Shown one piece after another: positions 57,513 to 64,000 of a stretch of DNA of 64,000 nucleotides. The notes beneath the pieces were generated by a model, which saw nothing but the letters and a program-made list of their open reading frames with translations, ran no database searches and had not been told where the DNA came from. The first letter of the stretch is position 1, and every line of letters starts with the position of its first letter. The translations under genes and the position numbers were made by a program. The stretch comes from Alphaproteobacteria bacterium (GTDB taxonomy: Bacteria > Pseudomonadota > Alphaproteobacteria > CAAHEQ01 > UBA3637), in assembly GCA_045638265.1 (NCBI GenBank), contig JAZUBA010000077.1, positions 4,655-68,654 on the forward strand. Reading direction: 5' to 3'.

Positions 57513-57540
57513 GAGTGATAAAATTTTTATTATGTTAACT
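57513..57540. other. Pseudo-dif site (attR): conserved spacer and XerD arm, degenerate XerC arm
   Basis: GAGTGATAAAA-TTTTTA-TTATGTTAACT. The last 19 nt are identical to the dif copy at 48774-48792; the XerC arm matches only 5/11. Confidence 0.6.
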
Positions 57541-57802
57541 AATATACAAGGTTTTAAACCCAAAACTTGAAGAAGTTTTTTCAAGCATTTGAATTGTCAT
57601 TATAATTATAAATCGTCAAAAAAATACAAATATTGTTGTTTTAATAAAGATGATTTTTAAAGCAAAATCTTATAGATAATCATACAAATCCATAACAAGA
57701 ACGCTGAAATTTGATGTAAATGTTTACATAAATTTTATCCTGTATGTCTTTTTTCTTGAAAAATCAATCATTTTTTGATATAATCCATTACATTGAGGTG
57801 TT

Positions 57803-59527
57803 ATGATGTCTTTACTTTATTCAATCCTTTCCAAAGAACAAAATTGGCAATTTGATGCTGAAAATAATCAAATGATTTTTCAATGTCCTGATGTGTATCA
57901 AGATTGGCAAAACAGTACTTTTGTTTTTTTGGATTTATTGCACTTAAAACCTTATACGTACCAAAATCGTTTGGCATTAACTCAAAATGAATACAATCAG
58001 TTTATCAAACAATCTAAACGGTTAAAGTTTTTACGCTCTTTACCAAACGAGTTACGTTATTTATATCAATTAAATTATTGGAAATCTGTTTCAAATCAAT
58101 CTTTTATGGCGATTAATCTGTCTGATTTAACCGATAAATCATTGCAAAAATTAAAAAATTACTTTGATGAACATCATATTGCTTATACACAAAAAAACAA
58201 ACAAATTCATATTTCTAAATATGATTATGTTCATCTTTATAAAAATTTAGATGGTTTTAAAGCTCTCATTCCTGCCATTTGTTATAAAACGGATACTATT
58301 ATCCCTTTTACAGCCAAAGAATGGCAACATCATTTTAAACAGACAAAATTATTCGGCCGTTTGTTTTCTGATTCAGCTTATTATAAACAAACATTATACC
58401 AAAGCACTGTTGATCATCCGATTAATATGTTTATTTTAAGAAACAATCAATTCTTAACTTTATTAAAGCAAGATGAACTCAAAACAACAAATATGTATGT
58501 TGATTCATCAACTGATACAAACAAACGTCTTGATGAAATTGACGCGTTGGGACTTTATTCTTGGCCAGGGGATTTTATTAATCTGCATACGAAAACACTT
58601 CATAGTTATAATTTTATATCTACCCTACTCCATGAAATCAATCATCGGACACAATTTTTGAGTGATTTGGAATATAAGTCTTTTGCTATTAATCAAGTGA
58701 TGGAAGCTTCTTCAACGGCTGTCAGTATTATTAACGAAATAAATCCGCCATACGATAAGATTTATGACGATTGTTTTGATTTTATTGAACAAAATTTAGA
58801 TAAAAACACTTATAAGAAATATCTTTTAAACACCTCTTTGCCGGAACAAAGACTGTATTCGTTAGATTATTTAATCAAAGCCGAAGCCGAATTAAAAATG
58901 CATCAATGTATTACGGAAATGTATTTAGCTAAAGATCGTTCCTCACTTTATGATGTTTTGATAAAACACAAAATTTCACTGGATAGTCATGATTTTAATG
59001 ATTTATGTGAGGATATAGATTATTGGAAAAATTATAATCTAAATCACTATCTGACATTGTCCAAAGAGGAAAAATATCCAAATGAAAACAATGCGATTTT
59101 ACAGGAAATATTCAATTTGAACATCCATACGTCTCCAACGGCGCTTTTTACCGTTGATGAGTTGAAGCAGCTTGGTTTTGATACAAAAGATACAGCCCCT
59201 ACTCCATTAAAACTTAAATATACCTATCAAGGTATCACTCCTGAATTGTTAGAAGAAGCAACGACTGATTTTAATCAGGGAAATGTTAATGCTTTAAATA
59301 AAAAATTAGTTGCTTTACAAAAGGTTAATCCCATCTTACAAGGCATTTATTGGGAACCTGGTGATTTTGAAGCTAAAGATATTTTAAATGTCTTTCAATC
59401 AATGGCAGAAAATAAACCAATTTCAAACATTCTTTCACAACTCAACTTTAATATGACAGATAAATCAAAGTCTATTCAGTCGGCACAAAATAAAGTTATT
59501 CAAATCAGAGGTCAGCGTCAAAGATAA
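57803..59527 (+). CDS. Large hypothetical protein with an HExxH motif (candidate metalloprotease-like effector)
   Basis: 574 aa; STLLHEINHRTQFLSD; no other recognisable domain. Confidence 0.45.
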   Translation: MMSLLYSILSKEQNWQFDAENNQMIFQCPDVYQDWQNSTFVFLDLLHLKPYTYQNRLALTQNEYNQFIKQSKRLKFLRSLPNELRYLYQLNYWKSVSNQSFMAINLSDLTDKSLQKLKNYFDEHHIAYTQKNKQIHISKYDYVHLYKNLDGFKALIPAICYKTDTIIPFTAKEWQHHFKQTKLFGRLFSDSAYYKQTLYQSTVDHPINMFILRNNQFLTLLKQDELKTTNMYVDSSTDTNKRLDEIDALGLYSWPGDFINLHTKTLHSYNFISTLLHEINHRTQFLSDLEYKSFAINQVMEASSTAVSIINEINPPYDKIYDDCFDFIEQNLDKNTYKKYLLNTSLPEQRLYSLDYLIKAEAELKMHQCITEMYLAKDRSSLYDVLIKHKISLDSHDFNDLCEDIDYWKNYNLNHYLTLSKEEKYPNENNAILQEIFNLNIHTSPTALFTVDELKQLGFDTKDTAPTPLKLKYTYQGITPELLEEATTDFNQGNVNALNKKLVALQKVNPILQGIYWEPGDFEAKDILNVFQSMAENKPISNILSQLNFNMTDKSKSIQSAQNKVIQIRGQRQR

Positions 59528-59529
59528 TT

Positions 59530-60297
59530 TTATTCTTCTGATATGATTTCCAATCCGTCATAACAAGGATAAACGTTTTTCGGTAATTCACGACATAAAT
59601 CATCGTAATCCATCATATTACCCATATGGGTCAAATATGTTTTTTGAGCGTTAATGTGTTTTATCCAATCCAAAGCAATATCCAAATGAATGTGTGTACG
59701 GCATTCAATACGAGAAACAACGCCCAAAATCCATAAAGATAAATTTTTTAAATAAGGAAAAGCTTTGTCATCTAACTCTGTCCAATCCGTTGTATATGCC
59801 ATATTATTGATTTTGTAACCGTATGAAATACCGTTTACGCCATGACTTTGTTTCAATGGTGTTATTGTATTCGTTCCGATAAAAAAAGCTTGATACGGCT
59901 CAATAATATGAATCTCAAACAAATCTTTATGAATATTATTGTCAAATAAATAATATAATAACCGTTGAAATTCTTTTAAATCATATTCGGAAATATAAAT
60001 CGGTAAATGTCCACCTTGTTTTTTGGAAATCATAACCAATTCATTTGCGCCACCCATATGGTCATAATGGTCATGCGTATACAAAACGGCATCAATTTTC
60101 GGAATGCCGACACTTAATAATTGTGTACGTATATCAGGACCTGTATCTATTAATATATTTTTTCCGTCATCGGTCAAAATAAGAGCTGAAGTTCTTAAAC
60201 GATGATTTTTAGGATTGTTTGGATTTACATTACCAAATCCGTAAGCCAAAGATGGTAAACCGCCGGAAGGACCACATCCTAATATTTTAACTTTCAT
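59530..60297 (-). CDS. Metallo-beta-lactamase-fold hydrolase
   Basis: HxHxDH motif VLYTHDHYDHMGG; 255 aa. Confidence 0.7.
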   Translation of the reverse strand: MKVKILGCGPSGGLPSLAYGFGNVNPNNPKNHRLRTSALILTDDGKNILIDTGPDIRTQLLSVGIPKIDAVLYTHDHYDHMGGANELVMISKKQGGHLPIYISEYDLKEFQRLLYYLFDNNIHKDLFEIHIIEPYQAFFIGTNTITPLKQSHGVNGISYGYKINNMAYTTDWTELDDKAFPYLKNLSLWILGVVSRIECRTHIHLDIALDWIKHINAQKTYLTHMGNMMDYDDLCRELPKNVYPCYDGLEIISEE

Positions 60298-60298
60298 T

Positions 60299-61078
60299 TT
60301 AACCTGGCTCCTTTAAAAACAATTGTTTAAAATTATCTGTTGTTGCTTTATCAATTTCTTCCAAAGTTACTTGTTTTAATTCTGCTAATTTTTGGGCTGT
60401 ATGAACGACATAAGCCGATTCATTGACTTTACCGCGGTACGGAATTGGCGCTAAATAAGGAGAATCCGTTTCAACCAACAATCTGTTTAACGGTATGGTT
60501 TTAAATATTTCTTGTAAATCAATGGCTTTTTTAAATGTAACAATGCCGGATGCAGAAACATACAATCCCAAATCCAATGCAAAATCAGCCATATTTTGAG
60601 AGGCTGTAAAACAATGCAATACACCCCCTGCTCTTAATAATCCACCGTTATAAGCTGATTTCAAAATGGCTTTTGTGTCTTCTTCTGCCTCTCTGGTATG
60701 AATAATAATCGGTAAATGTAAAAGAGAAGCCAACTCAATTTGTTTTTCAAAAGCCGATATTTGACTTTCTTTCATGTCTCCTCCGTAATAATAATCCAAC
60801 CCGATTTCACCCAGGGCAATCAATGACGGTAATTCAGCATAAACGGCTCGAGAGCGTTTTTCATTATATTTGGTTGCATTTTCAGGATGGATACCAAAAG
60901 CCCCATAAACATTTGGATATGACATCATCATTTTTAAATCCTGTACATCTTCGTAATCGCAAGCAACCGTTAAAACATCGGTTACATTCGCTTGTTTTGC
61001 CCGTTGCAAAACATCTTCAACAGCACTTTGTTCATCATTCAAAGCACCTATTCCTAAATGGCAATGACTGTCTATCAT
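60299..61078 (-). CDS. tatD: TatD-family metal-dependent hydrolase/DNase
   Basis: MIDSHCHLG N-terminal motif, a TIM-barrel His/Glu/Asp pattern, 259 aa; in the conserved tmk-holB-tatD arrangement. Confidence 0.85.
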   Translation of the reverse strand: MIDSHCHLGIGALNDEQSAVEDVLQRAKQANVTDVLTVACDYEDVQDLKMMMSYPNVYGAFGIHPENATKYNEKRSRAVYAELPSLIALGEIGLDYYYGGDMKESQISAFEKQIELASLLHLPIIIHTREAEEDTKAILKSAYNGGLLRAGGVLHCFTASQNMADFALDLGLYVSASGIVTFKKAIDLQEIFKTIPLNRLLVETDSPYLAPIPYRGKVNESAYVVHTAQKLAELKQVTLEEIDKATTDNFKQLFLKEPG

Positions 61079-62028
61079 TAATTTAATTCTCCGCCAATAC
61101 GTAATAATGTATTGATAATAATTTGTTTTTTATCTAAATATAAAGAATTGGTTTTTCCAAATAAAGCTTGTATATCAAAATATAAATCTGTTAATAATTC
61201 CCCTTTCGGATGACAGGAAACAGCATAACGACGGGTTTTGTCAAGTAAAATATGATTTAAAAAGCTTAAAAACAAATCGTATGTTACTTCATCTTTTGAC
61301 ACATCTTCGGCAAATTTATTCAGTTGTTCAATATTGACCTGTTGCAAGGGAACCAAAAAAGCATTTATTTTTTGATATAATTCAATACCGTTTTGCTGAT
61401 AAATCATATCAGCCATTCCAAAAGAACCATTTGACAATTCAGCCATCAATTCGGGTGCTTTGCAATTCGGATATGTTTTTTGAATATAAGCAACCGTATT
61501 TTCAAATGTTTCCAATGGAAAAATAATTTTCCGACAACGGGAACGAATGGTTGGTAATAATTTACCTGTATTTTCAGAAATCAAAATAATGACACTACGT
61601 TCATAAGGTTCTTCTAATACTTTCAACAATGCATTGGCAGCATTGATATTCATATCTTCTGCTAACGATACAATTAAAATCCGAAATTCCCCTGCTCCTG
61701 GTTTTAATGATAAGAATTGGATTCCCTCCCGAATATCATCAACCGTAATTTCTTTTTTACGAGCAACCGTTTTGGCATTTTCTTCAACTTCTTTACCGGC
61801 CAAAATCATTTTTTGGATTTCTTTTTTTGCTTCTTCCGTTAAACCGCATTCAATCCACTTAATTTGTGAATTATAAGCATAATCTTCTGCCCAATTGCCT
61901 GATGTTAAATAATGTGCCAAAGAAGAAACAAAGGCTTTCTTACCAACACCAAACGGACCACTAATCAGCCATGAACCACTGATTTTCCCTTTTTGAATAA
62001 CCCTTAAAATCTGTTCTTTGGGTGTCAT
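61078..62028 (-). CDS. holB: DNA polymerase III delta-prime subunit
   Basis: Degenerate AAA+ P-loop LISGPFGVGKKAFVSSLA; SRC region PTIRSRCRK; overlaps tmk (ATGA) and tatD. Confidence 0.8.
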   Translation of the reverse strand: MTPKEQILRVIQKGKISGSWLISGPFGVGKKAFVSSLAHYLTSGNWAEDYAYNSQIKWIECGLTEEAKKEIQKMILAGKEVEENAKTVARKKEITVDDIREGIQFLSLKPGAGEFRILIVSLAEDMNINAANALLKVLEEPYERSVIILISENTGKLLPTIRSRCRKIIFPLETFENTVAYIQKTYPNCKAPELMAELSNGSFGMADMIYQQNGIELYQKINAFLVPLQQVNIEQLNKFAEDVSKDEVTYDLFLSFLNHILLDKTRRYAVSCHPKGELLTDLYFDIQALFGKTNSLYLDKKQIIINTLLRIGGELN

Positions 62029-62666
62029 AATTCAAGCCGTTCCTTTATTGTTTGAATAATATCCTGATGCACTTTATCAACACTTTGATTGGCATTAATA
62101 ACAACGTATCTTTTTTTATCTTGTTCACTTAAATATAAAAATCCTTTGCGTAGATTTTTATGAAAAGAAAAATCCATATCTTCAAACCGTTGTTCCGTAT
62201 TACCGTTTCTGGTTCGACTGCGTGTTAATCCGATATGAGGATCAATATCAAGAATAATAGTTAAATTCGGATGAAATGTACCTGCAATTAAAGCATATAA
62301 ATCACTGGCCTGTTTATATACTGTTTCATCAAATCCATATCCGAAACATTGGTACGCAATTGTACTGTCTGCAAAGCGATCACAAATAACCACATCCCCT
62401 TGTTGAACGGCCGGTATGATTTTTTTGACTAAATGATCACGTCTTGCAGCCGAAAACAATAATAGTTCGGTTAATCTGTCCCATCTGTCTTTTGAACCGT
62501 TAACCAACAGATTGCGGATTTCTTCTGCTCCTGCACTACCTCCGGGTTCACGTGTTCGGACAACATTTTTACCTTGTTTACGCAACCAATCTTCCAATAA
62601 GGCTATTTGAGTGGTTTTGCCTGCCCCCTCACCGCCTTCAAACGTGATAAACAAACCTTGTGTCAT
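62025..62666 (-). CDS. tmk: Thymidylate kinase
   Basis: FITFEGGEGAGKTTQ P-loop, DRF motif (VICDRFADST), 213 aa. Confidence 0.9.
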   Translation of the reverse strand: MTQGLFITFEGGEGAGKTTQIALLEDWLRKQGKNVVRTREPGGSAGAEEIRNLLVNGSKDRWDRLTELLLFSAARRDHLVKKIIPAVQQGDVVICDRFADSTIAYQCFGYGFDETVYKQASDLYALIAGTFHPNLTIILDIDPHIGLTRSRTRNGNTEQRFEDMDFSFHKNLRKGFLYLSEQDKKRYVVINANQSVDKVHQDIIQTIKERLEL

Positions 62667-62679
62667 AGAAAATTGCTCC

Positions 62680-63813
62680 TTATTTGCTAAATAAAGATGT
62701 CAAAATATGTTTCATTTTTCCCCAATAACCAACCTTTTCAATTGATTTGGAAGCGATTAAATTAATCCGTTTAACACTCTCATCCGTTTCAATTTTCAGT
62801 TCACCGATTTTTTGACCCTCTTTAACAGGAGCTTGTACGGGTGTATCATAGCTTAACGTCATTTTTGGCTGTGCTTTCCGACCTTTTGGCGTTGTCATTG
62901 TATAAGATTGAGCAGAAACAGCCTGTACGGTTTTATCAACGCCTAACCAAACAGGAATTTCTTCAATGATTTGTCCTTTGGTTACAATTTCTTTGTTTTC
63001 AAAACTCATAATACCCCAGTTCATAATTTTTTTAGATTCACTGGTGCGATCTTTCATACTTTTTAAACCATTGATAACCATAATTAAACGCCGACCATCC
63101 GGTGTTTTGGCAGAAGCAGTCAAACCATAACCGGCCTCGCTGGTATGTCCTGTTTTTAAGCCGTCAGCCCCTGGTAAACTATAAAGTAACGGATTGCGGT
63201 TCCCTTGTTCAATATTGTTAAATTTAAAAGATTTTTCTGAATATATCGGATAATAATCAGGAAATTCATTGATTAATATTTTAGCCAATTTTGCCAAATC
63301 TTTTGCACTCATGGCATGTCCGTCAGCCGGCAAACCTGTTGCATTTTTGAAAGACGAATTTTTAAGACCGAGTTCTGTTGCTTTTTCCGTCATCATTTCA
63401 GCAAATGCTTCTTCCGAACCTGCCATATTTTCCGCAACGGTAATACAGGCATCATTACCGGATTGGACGATAATTCCTCTTAATAAATCACGAACTTTAA
63501 CCCGTTGATCAATGTTTAAAAACATAGTAGAACTACCGCTTTTGGCCCCACCTTTTCGCCATGCGTTTTCTGAAACAATAAATTCTGTATCCAGTGTGAT
63601 TTTGCCGTTTTCCAATGCATCAAAAATCATATAAGCCGTCATCAATTTACTCATTGAAGCAGGCGGCATTGGCTTGTCAGCATCTTTTTCAAACAAAACA
63701 TATCCCGTATTAGCATCCATAAGCAAAGCGTGTTTTGCCAACGTTTCAAAGGCATATCCGGACATTGAAAAAGCACATAATCCGATACTGGCTAAAATTG
63801 ATAATTTATTCAT
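62680..63813 (-). CDS. dacA: D-alanyl-D-alanine carboxypeptidase (PBP5/6-like, peptidase S11)
   Basis: Signal peptide; SxxK (PASMSKLMT), SGN (VQSGNDA) and KTG (LKTGHT) motifs; C-terminal beta-domain. Confidence 0.85.
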   Translation of the reverse strand: MNKLSILASIGLCAFSMSGYAFETLAKHALLMDANTGYVLFEKDADKPMPPASMSKLMTAYMIFDALENGKITLDTEFIVSENAWRKGGAKSGSSTMFLNIDQRVKVRDLLRGIIVQSGNDACITVAENMAGSEEAFAEMMTEKATELGLKNSSFKNATGLPADGHAMSAKDLAKLAKILINEFPDYYPIYSEKSFKFNNIEQGNRNPLLYSLPGADGLKTGHTSEAGYGLTASAKTPDGRRLIMVINGLKSMKDRTSESKKIMNWGIMSFENKEIVTKGQIIEEIPVWLGVDKTVQAVSAQSYTMTTPKGRKAQPKMTLSYDTPVQAPVKEGQKIGELKIETDESVKRINLIASKSIEKVGYWGKMKHILTSLFSK

Positions 63814-63827
63814 TATATTTCCTCGCT

Positions 63828-64000
63828 TATTCTAAAATAATTCTTGCGTCAGGATACCCTGACAAATGGATTTTGTCAAGTACATTTGCACTTTCGTTAT
63901 GTGTTTTAAACGGTCCAACTCTGACAGAATGTAAAATCAAATCATCTTTTACTTTATCTTTCACAATTAAGTTTTTGTAATTGCTTAATTTTTTCTTGAT
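63828..64000 (-). CDS. C-terminal fragment of a SPOR-domain protein (possibly RlpA-like); the N-terminus lies beyond the window end
   Basis: Manual translation ...IKKKLSNYKNLIVKDKVKDDLILHSVRVGPFKTHNESANVLDKIHLSGYPDARIILE* resembles a SPOR domain C-terminus; rlpA-dacA adjacency is common. Confidence 0.4.

Larger units (their letters stand above)
48765..57540. mobile_element. Integrated ~8.8 kb phage-like element bounded by dif and pseudo-dif sites (IMEX-type; no integrase or Rep). The gene content suggests a membrane-containing tailless (PRD1/PM2-lineage-like) temperate phage
   Basis: 19-bp direct repeat AATTTTTATTATGTTAACT at 48774-48792 and 57522-57540. Interior: HTH switch, DnaA-box origin, P-loop ATPase, capsid candidate, small TM proteins, repeat-rich spike, SleB-type lysin and holin. 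All structural genes sit on one strand and look visibly GC-richer than the flanks. Confidence 0.6.

Noticed and set aside
48765-57540. Interpreting the element as a filamentous phage (inovirus), the usual IMEX cargo
   Set aside because: The element has a lysin and holin. Its ATPase is short and soluble (no Zot-like TM or C-domain). There is no RstA/pII-like Rep or ssDNA-binding gene. The ATPase sits at the start, not the end, of the structural block. I cannot fully exclude a divergent inovirus, so it stays as the alternative hypothesis.
1-64000. CRISPR arrays, rRNA genes, integrases/transposases, classic defence islands
   Set aside because: I scanned for short regularly spaced direct repeats, rRNA-like conserved blocks and recombinase motifs and found none. 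The only short exact direct repeat pair is the dif/pseudo-dif 19-mer.

Overview
This is an AT-rich window, roughly one-third G+C by eye, that reads like chromosome from a low-GC intracellular alphaproteobacterium. The taxonomic guess is inference from the gene content described below.

Housekeeping genes are interleaved with a dense set of eukaryote-like candidate effector genes.
- **Housekeeping genes:** murD, pepN, dusA, slt, a Mur-ligase (mpl-like) with ldcA, a U32 peptidase, lysS, valS, and a tmk-holB-tatD-dacA block. There is also a tRNA-Arg(CCT) and a truncated hprK followed by EIIA-Man and NPr, the alphaproteobacterial regulatory PTS module.
- **Effector-like genes:** at least seven ankyrin-repeat proteins, including a tandem paralog pair; a Sel1-repeat protein; a giant cysteine-rich protein with a pilin-like leader; and several large orphan proteins.

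The main finding is an ~8.8 kb integrated phage-like element at 48765..57540.
- **Integration site:** it carries no integrase or Rep gene. It is flanked by a convincing dif site (TTGTCGCATAA-TTTTTA-TTATGTTAACT, 22/28 identical to E. coli dif) and a pseudo-dif copy, each ending in the same 19-bp direct repeat. This looks like an IMEX (integrative mobile element exploiting Xer) sitting at the chromosome terminus.
- **Gene content:** the gene order resembles membrane-containing tailless PRD1/PM2-lineage phages more than the usual filamentous IMEX. There is a small P-loop ATPase immediately upstream of a 290-aa capsid candidate, then small C-terminal-TM proteins, a repeat-rich spike, and a SleB-type lysin with a holin-like protein.
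- **Regulation and replication:** a divergent HTH pair forms a lysogeny-switch-like arrangement. An origin-like region has iteron-like GC-rich repeats, two palindromes and two perfect DnaA boxes.

Other points worth a second look:
- a PP-loop (SGGKDS) ATPase in an operon with murD, possibly a MurL-type epimerase;
- a tandem duplication of a 400-aa orphan gene with its own consensus promoters, next to an XRE regulator;
- a 777-aa Cys-rich protein with a type IV pilin-like leader and three ~585-bp intragenic tandem repeats;
- clean consensus sigma70 promoters and several intrinsic terminators.

No rRNA, CRISPR array, transposase or integrase was seen.
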